A stretch of DNA of 64,000 nucleotides from contig NC_087436.1 in the NCBI RefSeq assembly GCF_036321535.1, positions 16,802,001 through 16,866,000 on the forward strand. Direction: 5' to 3'. Shown one piece after another: positions 1-13,741 of this stretch. The position numbers and the translations under genes were made by a program. Source of the DNA: Camelus dromedarius. Lineage: Eukaryota. The notes beneath the pieces were generated by a model. That model saw only the letters and a program-made list of their open reading frames with translations. It was not told the DNA's origin and ran no database searches. Numbering within the stretch: the first letter of the stretch is position 1; every line of letters starts with the position of its first letter.

Positions 1-307
1 CTCGATGTATTTATTTTCTTCCCAAGCAAGATCAGGACACTAGACTCTTAGTGTACGAAAAACTGTTCCTTTCTGTCTCGTCCCTTCCTCCACCCTGTTT
101 ATTGTATTTAAAATTTTAGTTCCACATGAAAAAATTCATATTAACTACTTTTATAAGTTTTTACAGGTAATTGTTAATTTAAATTTACAAATGTACTTTA
201 TCAAATTTCTATGCTTACTGTTTTCTTTTTTGCATTCCATTTATTCCTTTTGGGCTCACTTTCTTCTTACTGAAGTATATCGTTTAACATCTCATCTTAG
301 GAGGATC

Positions 308-347
<40 letters not shown>
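308..347. repeat. Compound microsatellite (TG)10(AG)10
   Basis: Read directly from the sequence. Confidence 0.97.
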
Positions 348-349
<2 letters not shown>

Positions 350-779
350 TTCTTAGACCTAGTGTTTCTAAAAGTATTTTGTTTTCAGTTTTGCATGGTA
401 GTTTAGATTGATTTTGAATTTTGTATTTATTGTTATTTTCCCTCAGATGTTTTAAGATACTGTTTGTCTTCTGTCAGCTATCACTGCTGATGAGAGGTTT
501 TGTCAAAGTTGATAGCCTAGCTTTTCTATGTGTGGGAATTCAAGTTTTCTATTCATTATGTATTCCCTTCAAATATGTGTTGATTGACGGCTAGTGTTCT
601 AGACACTGGGGATGCATCAGTGTACAAAGCAGTCAAAAATCCCTGCACTTGTAGATCTTATAGTCTAGCAAGTGAGTAAAACTAGCTACTATAATAAATG
701 AAACTCCTGATTATTACTGATTTAATGCCTTGCAATTTTATGTCTTATTTGTCAAACTGTCTCTTATGAATGTTCCTGG

Positions 780-1090
780 TTAGGCAGCTCTCGAGATACA
801 GGCTTCTTTTTCCTTGTGGCTCTGCCATCTCTAACATTTAATTTTAATGCTATCCTTAAGTCACCAACATTCTAGCAGCCGGGGAGGGAAAAGAGCAGGG
901 AGGAGCGCCTGGGAGGTTTTTAAGGCCTGGCCTAGAAGTGGCACTTTTCACTTTGGCCCACATTCTCATGGTTAGAACTCAGTCACTTGTTCACATTTGA
1001 CTTCAAGGGTACCTGGGAAAGGTAGTTTGGCTATGGGCCCAGGAAGAAGAGAAGACATATTTGGGGATCAGCTAGTTGTCTCTGCCATAG
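780..1090 (-). mobile_element. Old MaLR (MLT1-type) LTR fragment
   Basis: Motifs cttgtggctctgccatct, ggcctagaagtggcac, ttagaactcagtcac, gtctctgccata resemble antisense MLT1; boundaries approximate. Confidence 0.6.
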
Positions 1091-2270
1091 AGAGACAGAT
1101 AATAAATAAGGAAAGCACACAGTTTGCTAAGGAGGAAAACAAACCAAGGAGGGAGTTAGGGAGGGTTGTGGGAGGTGAGGTCACTATTATGTGTGGATGA
1201 CTGGTGAAGTCCATACTCAGAGGGTACATCTGAGTATACACCTGCAAGAAGTGAGGGGTTGGTACCTTGTGGCAGTTTGAAAGAAGAACATTTCAGGCAG
1301 AGCAAAGAGCGAATGCAAATGTCTTGAGGTGAGGGCAATCCTGACCAGACCAGAGGCCCAGGGAAAGCAGTGTAGCTCCAGGAAAGTAAGCAAGGGACTG
1401 GGGTGCATATGATGTCCGTGAGGTAACAGATAAGGTAGGGCTGTGTGAACCATTCTAAGGACTTCATCTTTACAGAGACTAGAAGTTGCCAGTGGATTTT
1501 GAATGGAGGGTATGCTGACTTAGGTTTTAGTGGGATAACTCTGGTTGCTGGGTTGTGGATCAGGGTTAGAATCAGGCTAGTTAGAAGCTACTCTAATAAT
1601 CCAGGTGAGAGAGAATGATGGCTTGGACTAGAGTGTTAGCAGTAAAAGCGGTATGAAGCTATCAGATTCTGAATATGTTTTGAAAATATTGCTGACAGGA
1701 TTTGCTTATGAATAGGATGTGGAATGTACAAAAATGAGAAGAGTCAAGGATGATAGTTTGCCCTCAGTAACTGGAATAGTGGAGATGTCATTTGCTGAGG
1801 TTGGGAAAATTATTGTAGGAAGATTAGAAGCTCAGTTTTGATATATAAAATTTGAGATGCCTTTAAAATGACATCCAAATGGAAATGTGAAATAACCAAG
1901 GGGAGAGGACCAGGTTGAAAATATATATTTGTGAATCATCAACATAGAGATTGGCATTTAAAGACATGGATGAAATAACAAAGTAAATATATGTGGTGGA
2001 AAAGAGATTCAAGGTCTGAGCCTCGGGACACTTTGATATTTTGAGGTCAATGAGTTGAGGAGGAACCAGCAAAAGATCCGTAGGAGGAGGTAAGAGATAA
2101 TCTAGGACAGCAGGGATTCCTAGGAACCAAATGCAGGAAATATTTCAAGAAGGAGTGAGTGATAAAATATGTAAATTGCTGTTTATAGGTGAACTAAGAT
2201 CAGGACTAAGAATACTAAGAATTGACAATTGGATTTAACAGCATGAAGATCATCACTGACCTTGATAAAA
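1091..2270 (-). mobile_element. LINE-2 fragment
   Basis: Purine-rich antisense L2 motifs (ccaggtgagagagaatgatggcttggactag, gagtcaaggatga, tttgagatgcct, attggatttaacagcatg). Confidence 0.8.
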
Positions 2271-2692
2271 TGTTGTATTCCCCAGGAAGTAGACTCTGAG
2301 ATGGAGATGAGCAAGAGGTTTGTAAGGAAGTGTTTTGGAATCGCCATCTGTGGAAGGGAAGGGAAGGGAAGGGAAGTAGGTAGGAGTTGGAGAAGCTGGT
2401 CTGTGAGGCAGTCTAGTGAAGGCCTCAGCGCATCCCATGGGGAGCTCTAATGTTGAGGTGCCCCTTCAGAGTTGCCTGAATTGGGACGAGGTGTCTGGAC
2501 CTGAATAAACCTCTTGTTGACTAGTCACTGAAAGTGGGCTGCCTTCAACAGGGGCGTGATTTTGGACAAGGTGACTTCAGAGCCAGTCCAGTGTAAGGGA
2601 GAGTCGTAGCTGAGGGCTGTCTTCTGGTAGCATTTCCAGCAGCTGGGGAGGAAGTTCTTCAGGGGGCTCTGGGTGGTGCATCACAGAGCCTG
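2271..2692 (-). mobile_element. ERVL LTR (LTR16/LTR33-like group) inserted in L2
   Basis: ccccaggaagtagactctgagatggag ... ggggagctct ... cccttcagagttg ... ctgggtggtgcatcacag; L2-like sequence resumes after it. Subfamily uncertain. Confidence 0.6.
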
Positions 2693-4308
2693 TTAGAATC
2701 AGTTTAGATGAAGTAGCAAGGGCAAAAGCCTGATGAGAGCGGGTTCTAGAGGGAAGACAGAAATCAGAGACAAGGAGCACGGATGACTCTTTTTATTCCT
2801 GATGCTCACTAGGGAGTGTCTCTATGTGGATTTATTATTTCATTTCTTCTTCCTTGGCATCTGGAGTGTACTTTCAATCTCAAGATTCATGACATTTTTC
2901 AATACTGACACTTCAAATGTTGTTTTTCCTCCTTTCCTTTCCTCCTGGAACTTCCTTTATACACATGTTGGGACCTTCTAATCTACCTTTTTTATCATTT
3001 AATTGTTATTTCGTCTTTTTATCGATATTTCTTCTTGCTGGCTTCTGGGAAGTTCCTCAGTAGTATCTCTTCATTCACCGATTCTCTTATACTGTGTGTA
3101 GTCCAGATTTTACTCTGTACATGGAGCTTATAAATTTTTTTCAAAGAATGTATTTTTATTTCAAGGGCTCTGTTTCTTTTTTAATATCCCTGTTTTATTT
3201 CTGGCTACTTTGTTTCATATTTTCGTATCTTTTGTAGGAATTTAATTTTCTCCTCTGTCTCTTGATGGAGTCTTAACCCCCTTATTTTAAATTCTTTTTC
3301 ATATTTTTATTACTTTCATTTTTGTTTCGTAGTCATATTGTTTCCTGTGGAGTTAATGACTATCTGAATTGCTGATTTTATTGGCTGTCTTTCCTAGTGT
3401 TAGTTTTGGACATGTGTTTTATAATAATTTTCAGCTTATGTGAAAGTAGGAATTTTTTTTGTATTTTTGTATTTTGTTTACTTCTACTTTCACCACTTTC
3501 TGATTCACAGCATTATAGCTGCCACTTCGTTTCCCATTCCAGAACCACGTCTTATATTGGTCCCTTGGGGCTCCTGCTCCTGTAATATTGGTATTTCAGT
3601 TCCTGTCTCTGAGCCAGTGGATGGTGAGCCTAGGTCCTAGTGGTGAGATATGTGTGTATCTTTTGCCTCTCCAAGTATGGAGCTTATGATAAGCCCTTTC
3701 CGCAGGCAACAGTTGAAAGCTGTTATTTTCTGCCTCTCATTGAATGAAAGTTCAGTGGTTTTTAGCAGGGCCTGACCCCAATCTCCTGCCTCACTTAGGA
3801 ATTGTGCTGGGTATACCACTGGAGCTGAACTCCAGGTTACCTCTGCCTGTGTGGAGGAACCGGGGCAGCATTCACAACTTCAATTCCCTTACCACTCTCT
3901 GTTTATTTTCTGTTTCTGGTCTTGAAGATAACTGAAAGTACACCCCTACCTTATTTATGCCTGTTTCATTCCATAGGGAAAAGCTTTCGATTAGATATTG
4001 GTGAGAAAAAAATATGTGTTTTCATATTTGTTGTTCCATGTGTTAGTCTTTTCAGAATGATATAAATGGTAGCTGTGGTACTGTATCCATCAGTGATGTG
4101 GCAGTTGTGGGCATTTTTGGCTCTTCTGGGGATTCTTCATGTTTCTAAAGGTATACCAGGCAGTAGACAAAATATTGTACCTATTTATCCCTTATTCTCA
4201 CATCCTCTTTCTTTTCTTTTAATCCTTTGTAGAAGAGATTTACATTTATTTATAGACTCAGGAGTACAAATCAAGCCCTTCCATGGCCCTGGAACTCCCT
4301 TGTTTCTT

Positions 4309-4613
4309 CTTTTTTTTTTTTTTTTTATTAATTTTATTGAGTTATAGTCAGTTTACAATATTGTGTCAGTTTCTGGTGTACAGCACAATTTTTCAATCAT
4401 ACATGAATATACATATATTCATTTTCATATTCTTTTTCACTGTGAGCTACTACAAGATCTTGTATGTATTTTCCTGTGCTATACAGTATAAACTTTTTTA
4501 TCTATTTTATGTATACCTGTCAGTATCTACAAATCTCGAACTCCCAGTCTGTCTTTCCACCCCCCTCTCCCCGCTGGCAACCACAAGTTTGGATTCTATG
4601 TCTGTGAGTCTGA
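4309..4613 (-). mobile_element. 5'-truncated lineage-specific L1 3' end with poly(A) and TSD
   Basis: Poly-T then antisense L1 3'UTR (cagtttacaatattgtgtcagtttctggtgtacagcac). Degenerate 17-bp TSD GAACTCCCTTGTTTCTT (4292-4308) / GAACTCCCTCCTTTCTT (4614-4630). Confidence 0.9.
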
Positions 4614-4809
4614 GAACTCCCTCCTTTCTTGTTTGATTCTGTTGACCAATGTGGCCTTGAAGCACTCACCTTCCTTCTTAATGTTCTTTTCTTTTTATGC
4701 TGTCCCACCATCCACAAGTCTGCTGCTTGTCTTGTTTCTCAGAAAACTCATTCTCTCTTGTCTTTACATATCACTTCTGTTTTAAACTACTTTTAAATCA
4801 GGAGAAGTG

Positions 4810-5180
4810 ACTGATATGGAAATGGGTGCTTTCTGTGGTCCAGGCTTGAGTGCTGTGCTAAATGTTTTCATACTTTGATTCATTTGGTCTCTTAGCAGCA
4901 CTGTGAGGTGTGAGAATTATTATTGTCCATATTTTACAGATAAAAGATCTCAGGCTTGGAAAATTAAGTATAGGTAGTTGTCTTAATTTATCTGGGACCA
5001 CGGTGGCTGCCAGGACTCAAGACCTTCAGTTTTAAAACAAAGAAAGTCTTAGGCAAACTGTGATGAATTGGTTCTGTGAGACCTTAGGGTCAGAGACTAG
5101 AAAGTGGTGAAGTTAAGTTTGGACTTGAACCCAGGCCCATGTGAGCCTAACGTCTTTGCTCTTCAGCATGATGTTATACT
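4810..5180 (-). mobile_element. MIR interrupted by a small hAT (MER94-like) element at about 4970-5075
   Basis: MIR core ccatattttacagataaaagatctcaggc and ttgaacccaggcc flank a MER94-like insert (ttcagttttaaaacaaagaaagtcttaggcaaac). Confidence 0.55.
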
Positions 5181-6281
5181 GTCTCCATTAGAACAAAGTA
5201 GAGGAAAAAAGTCTGATTTGGAGAGGAGATAGAAGGTAAAGGCGTGAGAGAATTCATGGAGGGGAAATACTGTTTTTTGGAAGGAATTTTATCAGGGGAA
5301 ATTGTGCTTTATCAGGAGTCAGGAGACCGAAATCTGGTTTCAGTTCTTTCACAAACAAGTTGTTTACATCCTTGTGTTGTTGTTTCCTCCTCTGTAAGTT
5401 GAGGGGCTAAAGATGACAACTAAGATTGTTTCCAAGTTAAAAATTATATTATTTAAACCTGTCCCTTAAATGTAAGCTCTCCAAAACCATTTCATTGCCC
5501 TTTACTATTAGCTAGTTTTTACAACGCCATCAAGAAAGAAGACATCTGAAGTAGATGCCAGAATTTACAAAATTTCATGATTTTTCTCCAATTTCTATAT
5601 CTAGTTCTTTAACATCAGTTAGTATTTCTGAGCAGAGCAAAACTCCAATGCAGCAGTTTAACAGTTGTGGCCCTTAATTTATTCTGTTTAATTTGTGGTA
5701 ATTAACTTTATGGTGTTTTCATTGTTGTCTTTAACTGTTTATATAATGTCCTAAATATCTCAGCGGGAATTGCTTTATAAATCAAGTTTTCACTTTTTAT
5801 TGTTATTTATAAAATGTTAATGGCTTCTATTTAAGGCATGTGTGATTAATAGCTGAGAGAATGTACTTTCGTAACAGCACTGTTTTAATCTGTGAAAATC
5901 ACAAGAAAAACAGTCACAACATGCCACAATTATCATTGAAGGCATAACTACTTGTATTGACGTGGAAATCTTCATTAGATATTTTGAAAGCATTTCTGAT
6001 ATAATAGAGTGTTTAAGAAATAAGGCACTATTCCCCTCTTTTTTTTTTTGCTCCTGGACACGTGTTCTATCTGTGTTTCTAACCCAAATTATCCCTGAAA
6101 AGTTTATGATAAGACAACTTCAAGCATATTTAACATTTTATTCAAGAAAAGTCTCATCTCACTATTCCTATTACCTCTACCAGTCTACCAGTGCCCCTTG
6201 CATCTGAAGGTTGAATTCAAAGACTGAATGGGGATTTGAGGTGAAAAAAATGTGAAATAATGTGGACTTTACTAAAACCAG

Positions 6282-6285
<4 letters not shown>

Positions 6286-6352
<67 letters not shown>

Positions 6353-6390
6353 CAGAGAGAGAGAGGGAGAGAGAGAGAGACAGAAAGAGA
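6286..6390. repeat. Compound microsatellite (TG)15(AG)17 with a degenerate AG tail
   Basis: Read directly; explains the SLSL/THTH ORF 6177..6401. Confidence 0.97.
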
Positions 6391-6879
6391 TTAGCACTCA
6401 TTTTGGGCCAAAGTAATTAGTTCCTTTTTTCATTTGGGTAATTACGGTCTTTCTATCAAGATAAGCAGGTGCATAAAATTAAACAAGCAAAGTCTATTAA
6501 CCACACTGCAAAAAATCATGACAAGGTACATGGAAAATTTAGTAATAGTGAGATTTCTAAATAAGTATTAGGAACTGTGTAAAAATTAATCAGATTGTAA
6601 TAATTTAGGACTTCTTTACAGAAATTCATATCAGTTACTTTTTTGGGGGTACTTATTGCTTGGCTAGCCATGTACTCTGTCTTACAGAAAACATAAATTA
6701 AAAAAATTAGTTTCTTACATAGAAGGGCTTACAATCTAGCATAGATACTGTTGACTTTCAGTGAAGCTCTATGCTTCATATTTCTTTTGAGGAAGAGTAA
6801 GAGGAGAAATGAAACTACCTGTAATGACAAAGGTAGTGTTTTCAGAGTTTTACTAAGTTACTTTGAAAAATTAATAATT

Positions 6880-7860
6880 AAAAATTAAAATTTATTGTTA
6901 AATAAATTTAAATTGATGTATAGCATATAACCAGAAAAGTACACAGATCCTAAGCTCAAGGAATGTTCAGGAAGTGAACATACCTGTATAACTACCAGCC
7001 AGTGATAAAACAGAACATTACCAGCACCCTAAAGGCTTTCCTTGTGCCTGCCTCAGACCCACCAGTCTTTCTCCAAAGGTCACCAGTGCCTTGTTTTCTA
7101 TTACCATTAGTAAATTTTGCCTGTTTTTGAACTTTGTATTAATGAAAGCATGTGCTATATGCTGGCTTCTTTCTCCCAAGGTTGTGTGTTTGAGAATCAG
7201 TTATGTCTTGTGTATAGCAGTTCATTCTTGCTGCTGTGAGACATTCCATTGTATGACTAAATTGCTATTTATGTATCTTTTTTACCATCAGTGGACATTT
7301 GCCTGCTTCCAATTTTTAGCTGTTACAAAATGGTGCTGCTATGATTATTTTTTTCTTTTTGTGTGTATATATATATTTTTTATTGAAGTATAGCTATGAT
7401 CATTCTTATTATGTGTTTTTCAGTACACATTATAATGTGTTTCTGCTGGGAGTGGGAGGGCTGGACACAGTCAGGTATAGACTTAGGTTTTGAAGGTATT
7501 GCCAAATATTTTCCAAAGATAACCTGTTCACACCCTGGCAGGCAGTGTTTGAATATTTCAATATCTCTCTATTCTTGTCAATCCTTAGTATTGTGTTAAA
7601 TCCATTTGTTTGGGTAGGTGGTTTTTGTGGCTTTACTCTGTGTTTCCTTGATGACTGACTGATGTGTTTTGAGCATTTTTCACAATCTGATTTCCTATTA
7701 GGAAATTCCCTTTGCAAAGAGTCTATTGCAGTCATTTGCCTACTTTTATATTAGATAGTCTGTCTTTTTCATAACTTTTATATTAGATAGTCTGTCTTTT
7801 TCATAGATTTGTAAAATTTTTATATTGTATGTGTTTTGTTTGTGTTTATAGTTTTGGAAG
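6880..7860 (-). mobile_element. Old L1M (L1MC/L1ME-type) 3' fragment
   Basis: gtgaacatacctgtataactaccagcc, cagaacattaccagcaccctaaagg, cagtggacatttgcctgcttccaatttttagc are typical antisense old L1 3' motifs. Confidence 0.75.
7742..7805. repeat. Perfect 32-bp tandem duplication
   Basis: acttttatattagatagtctgtctttttcata at 7742-7773 and 7774-7805. Confidence 0.97.
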
Positions 7861-9864
7861 ACTAAATTTCAATATTTTCAATTCCTTCTAGCAGGTGATC
7901 TCTTTACTGAGGTATGGCTCCATGTGACGTTGATTGCTTCCCTTTTCCCGACAAGTGACTTCACTTCACCACCATGGAATGATAGTCTTCTCTCATCCAC
8001 CCCAGCCCATCACCTCCTGTTGGTAATCTTTGATTCTCAGTGGCCTTCAAGGTATCACCAAATCCTACTTTACACATCTCTAGGTTAAAACCCTAAGATA
8101 AGATCACAGAAAAACTCCATAGCTTATTGAATATGGCTCAGAGGGACCAGTTTTCTTTTACACATTTAGGTAAAAGGTGAAACAATTAGTGTATTTTAGC
8201 TAAAAAGAGTATTTGAAAGCATTTTAAAGAATAATGTGAGAGTCTTTTCAGTTTAGCTTATCCTTTTCAATGACTTGAGAGCTGCAATGAAATTAATAAC
8301 TTTCTCTTGTGATTTAAAGATTTAAATATTTTATGTAAAACCAAGAGTATTTGGAGTCTCTTAATTAGTGTCAGTGTCCATATAAGCCCACAAGGAAATA
8401 GAACATAACGTCTATTCTGTGAAAGAGTTGACTCTTACATGCAGAAGGCATCTGTGAAATCACTGACTGGACTTCTCTGAGTATTGGGGCTGGAGTGGGT
8501 AAGAGCGATGGGGAAGTGCTATGGGGAAAGGCTCTGGGAACCTCTTAAATCAGAGCAGCTAGGGTTTTGTCTTGTCTTCACTAACTTCTTAGAAAGAGTT
8601 CCTTTAAACATAGGTTGAAGCTGCTCTTTTTACACTGTGTGTCTATTTTAAGTCCTTCACTTATTGACAAGGAGGTGGAATTCAGTGAGGTTAAGCAGTT
8701 TGGTGGAGATCACACACTTGGCCAATGGCAGAATCAGAACTGAAATACAAGTTTGGTCTCTCCATACTGTTCCGAGACTCCGGTGTTTGTGCCAGCTGCA
8801 GTAATGTCCTAATGATTCAATTATGTCCCCTTCCTACCCACTTCATGATTCTGAGAAATATATTAACCAAAGTTAATTACAGAATCAGAGGGAGGTTTGT
8901 GTCAAGAAGGAGTGTTACTCAATGTGCTTCCTGCTGTTGAATGTGTTCCCCAGGATCCCAGCTTATCTGATATTAATGGTCATGAATTCATAAGAGTATT
9001 TTCTTTCTAACCCATCTTATGGCCCTGTGACTACTTTGGTTTATAATCTTAATTATGCAATTATGAATTTTTTATTTTTCTACCATCTGGTATACCTTTT
9101 TACTCATTATAGATGCCTATTATTGGCCCTGTTACATTGGACCTAGTTAGGACTTTTTTTTTGTTTTCTTTACCTGCTCTCCTTTCTCTCTGCTCATTCC
9201 TATTGTTTGCTGCTAGCATACCTGATGTCTGTTCAGAGAGTGTCTGGGAGAGGGAAGATGAGGAGAAGCAGGTGTATTTTGAAGTTAAAAATGTAGAAAA
9301 CTTGATGGTTTTGATGTGATAGGTAAAAATACAGGAAGAATCAGTTTTGTGGCTTGAGCATCTGGGTGGGTACAGCTACAATTTCTAACATAGAGACGTG
9401 AAGAGAATGAACATATGATTGATAACTAGGAGGATTTGGATAGAGGGACAGTGGGAGAAAATTGGGGGTAGGAAATGAATATTTGCTCTCATTGATCAAC
9501 TGCTGAAACTGGCTGTCTAGAGCCCTATACCATGACTTGTTTCCCTGAGTCCTGCTGAATACCAAGGGGCAGTTCTTCACCCCCAGGATAATTATACAGG
9601 GTACAATGATGAAGTCATAAGACTATCTTTGGAAAGACAAGCTAAGAAGATAAGGTAGGGGAATACTCTTTCTACTTCTGTTTGCCTTATATCCATATAG
9701 AAATAGAATTAGAAATCTTTAGCATCCCTGTAACCTGATTTAGGAGAGCCTTAAGTTGCATCTACTGAAAGGGTGAAAGGACGTTTTCACAAATATGTCC
9801 AAGGAGACATGGGGTACCCCTGTCTAGCATGCTGTTGCCATAATTACTCATTACACAGATATTT

Positions 9865-11020
9865 GTCTATTTATTTATTGCCAGTTTTATTGAGAAATGA
9901 TTGACATGCATTACTGTATAAGTTTAAGGCATATAGCATAATGATTTGATTTGCATATACTGTGAAATGATTCCCACAGTAGGTTCAGATAACTTTCCAT
10001 TTTTTTCATATATGTGCAATAAAAAGAAAAGGAAAAAAAAAGGAAAAAAAATTCTTCTTGTGTTGAGAACTCTTAGGATTTACTCTCATAACAACTTTCC
10101 TGTATATCATTCAACATTGTTAGCTATAGTCATCATGTTGTATATTACATTCCTAGTTCTTATTTATCCTATAATTGGAAGTTTGCATCTTTTAGCCACC
10201 TTCCTCCAGTCCCCCTGCTCCATTTTCTCCCCCTGTTCAGCATCTGATAACCACAAGTCTGGTCTCTTTTTCTATGAGTTTTTTGTTTGTTTGTTTTGGA
10301 TTCTATGTATAAGTGAGATCATACAGTAATTTCTCTTTTTCTGTCTGACTTATTTCACATAGCATAATGACTTTAAGGTCCATCCATATCACAGTTGGTA
10401 GAATTTCTTAGTTTTTTATGGCTGAATAAAATTTCATTGTGTATATACCACAACTTCTTTATCCATTCATCCATTGATGGACACTTATGTTGCTTCTCTG
10501 TGTTGACTATTACAAATAATTCTGCTATGAACATGGGAGTACAGATATCTTTTTGAGTTAGTGTTTTTGTTTCCTTTGGATATATTCCCAGAAATGGAAC
10601 TGCTGGATCATATGGCAGTTTTATTTTTAATTTTTTAAGGGTTCTATACACTATTTTCCATAAGGGCTGTACCAGTTTACAATCCCACCAGCAGTGTACA
10701 TGGGTCCCCTTTTCTCTACATCCACACCAGCATTTACTATCTATTATCTTTTTGATGATGGCCATTCTGGTAGAAGTGAGGTGATATCTCATTGTGGTTT
10801 TAATTTGCATTTCCCTAATGATTAGTGATGTTGCACATGTTTCATGTACTTGTTAGCCTTTCATATATCTTCTTTGGGGGAAATGTCTATTCAGGTCCTT
10901 TGCCCTTTTTTTAATTGAGTTTTTTTTTTGCTCTTGATGAATTTCATGAATTCTTTATATATTTTGGATATTAACCTCTTATCAGATGTGTGGTTTGCAA
11001 ATATTTTTTCCCATTCTGTA
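9865..11020 (-). mobile_element. Truncated L1 (L1MA9-like), ORF2 C-terminus plus 3'UTR
   Basis: ORF 10373..10810(-) reads [12 protein letters not shown]...[27 protein letters not shown]...[16 protein letters not shown], the L1 ORF2 Cys-rich C-terminus. Confidence 0.92.
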
Positions 11021-13532
11021 AGTAAGGAAAAATTTCAAATATTTTTTGGAATTCTTCTACATGCGAGGCCCTGTTCAAGGCCCTGGGAATACAGCAAGGA
11101 AAAAACCCAAAATCCTTACCTTTTTGGAATTTAAATTCCAGAACACTAATTATGTCAGTGCCCTGTTCAAAATCTTTGTTGTCCATTTCAGCAGTATAAA
11201 TTTTAGCCCTCTGCTTTAATCAAATAGACCTACTACTTGCTGTCCCCCAAACCACATTCATTCTTACCTCCTTGCATTTGCTTGCGCTAATTCTCTCAGC
11301 TGCCTGCTTCTCTGTTCCTCTTAAGTGGGCCAGTCTCACCCACTCAGGACTGACTCAGGAGCATAGTGGTTTGCTAGCCAGCATCCAGTTCTAACTGGTT
11401 GATGCTTGTGCTGAACCAGTTTTTCACTATTTCACTATTATAAACATTTCACTGCTACCCCTGTACCCACCCTTCCAGGTGTAGCTCAGTCTCTCTTGAA
11501 CTTTTCCTAGGTTCCCTTCTCCGACTTCAGTGATCTCATCTTCATTAGAACTCGTGGCACTCACGGGTTTATACGATTTATTTTACAAAGCTCACAGACT
11601 TTCTTATGACATCTGACATATAGTTGTCTGCGTTTTATTTAAAAATTTGACATATGCTTTTGTCTTTTCTTGCAAAATAGATAGCATTCTCTTTGCACAG
11701 GTTGGGCACTAAATATGCACCTTTTAATTGATCAATGCATTGAGAGGGACTCAGCATCTCATAACTGTCTGCTGGGGACTTGAAGTGGAGAGGGACCCTA
11801 TCTGCTGATATTCTGTGTCAGTGTGCCTATCTTTAAACAGTTCCATCCTCCAAGGCTTTCTTCCACCCCTAGTTCCTGTCTCACAGTCGTCCCCCATCAC
11901 CTCGGGTTTGTGGAGGCATTACCATGCCAGCACCCCTTAGGATGCTTGGCTAGTTTTGTGCATTAAAAGGACAGTGGGGTATCTTGCTTGCCAGCCAATT
12001 TAATGCAGGCTGACACTCCTGGCACACTGAATTAAGGTGGAGGAGCCAACTGCCTCAGAGAAGAGTCCATTTTTATGGAGATTAAAACACGAACATGATG
12101 GAGCACAAAACACCTTTATTTTCTTCTTATATTTAAATGGAAAGAAGGCAATAATTAAGCCAGACCAGAAGATGAGTTCTGATTGTTAATTGCTAAGGGA
12201 GGTGCAGTCTTTTGATTTATCCCAGTCATTTGTACAGCTCGGCAGATGAGGTACATAGTGTATGCTCTTGCCCACCATATAAGGCTGACAATTTGAGAAT
12301 TAATCATTTTTGGTTGTTCCAGATTTGTCATTTTAAAACTCTAACTGCAATAGTTTTTTCCCCCTCTGGGTAGAAGCTGAAGAAAAGTACTGTAGCTTTT
12401 TATCTAGGAGCATGTGGCTACAGAGTCATGACTTCCATAGAGCAAATCTGGCTTACAGATGTACTCAAATAGTCCCCAAATTATTTAACAGGTCTCAAAT
12501 ACTTCACCACAGTTTGATGGTCTAGTCAGCTAAATGAGCAGTTATACTTGGAGTTTTAGAACAAGAGTCACCGTGGGGTTCTGTAAAGTATTTAAATATT
12601 TCGGGAACCTTTAAAAAATATAGATGTCTAAGCCTCACTCTAGACATTGATATATTTTAAATATTCCCCACCCTCTCTCCAGGCAATTCTAATAATCATC
12701 CAGTGTTGAGTATCTCTGGTATAAAGTATTGTTTGGTTCAAGGCAATAGGAGTTTAATTGGGAATATTAGACTTCTGTTTACATCTATTCTTTGCCTTTT
12801 TAGCTCCTTACACAGGAGCATGTGTTACATTTCAAGTGAGAGGCATGGACCACATAACTACCAAGTTTAAGGGAGGAACAGATCATTAGAGGCTGGGGGT
12901 GATCATGAAGTGGGCAGGATTTGAATCTGTGCTTTCAGGATGCAAAGGATAGGTAGGATACAAACACAGAGGTGAGAACAGGACGTTCTGAGTGGAAAAC
13001 TAGCATAAACCTAAGCTCAAGTGTGCAGGCTCACGGCAAGCATGTGTAAGGTATGTGCCAGGGATTAACTGAATATCAATTGGAAAATAGTGAGAAATCA
13101 GATGGACCTGCGTAGGAACTTGGGCCCAAAGATCTGGATTTGAGTTCTGTACCTGCCACTAAGTAACTGCTTGCATTGACAAGTTACCTCACTTTTCGGA
13201 GCTCCCGTTGCCAGATCTGCTGAAAGTGGGATGAGAGCGCCTGTCGGGTTGTTTGGAACCAGGAAGGTAATACGTATATAAGCGCTTGATAAACCACAGA
13301 GCCCTACCCAACGCTAGCTGTTGTTACTATTGTCTTTTGCAGGGGAAGACATTGAAGGTTTTAGAGCAAAGGAGTGATGTGTAAAAAGTTTTCATTATTC
13401 ATCCTATTTCTTCATGAGCAAGTGAAAGAAGTCGCTAAAATAGAAGTATTTGACACTGAATTACTTAATGTAATTGTGTTTAGGGACTTGGAGCCCAGCG
13501 TTCAAAAGAAAGGATCACCCTGACTGCTCACC

Positions 13533-13566
13533 ATGGCTGCAGAGGCTGAGCCTGATAAAGCAGAAA
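13533..13566 (+). CDS. IQCM: IQCM first coding exon (exon starts at about 13484 with 5'UTR); MAAEAEPDKAE + 1 nt
   Basis: Acceptor tgtgtttag|G at 13483/13484; strong Kozak ctcaccATGG at 13533; in-frame upstream TGA at 13521; donor AAA|gtgagt at 13567; phase 1 fits the next exon (A+GT = Ser). Confidence 0.85.
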
Positions 13567-13741
13567 GTGAGTATCTGCACTCACCTACCAACTCAGTGCA
13601 CCGTACCCAACGCAACAACAGCTTTAAGCAAAGTCTCCTGTTATTAACTCTCAAAACACTAAATTTATTGGCACATCCTGTAAGAACTTATCATTCCCTT
13701 TATTTAAATATAGCCAATTTTTGAGAGATCTATAGCAACTT

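Noticed and set aside
7880..7920. Possible 17-20-nt upstream microexon (ttctagcag ... GAG|gtatgg)
   Set aside because: Lies at an L1/L2 remnant junction; such AG/GT pairs are common and nothing else supports it.
1..13483. IQCM promoter or CpG island
   Set aside because: No CpG island or convincing first exon is visible. The ATG exon has a splice acceptor, so the start site is upstream and could not be located.
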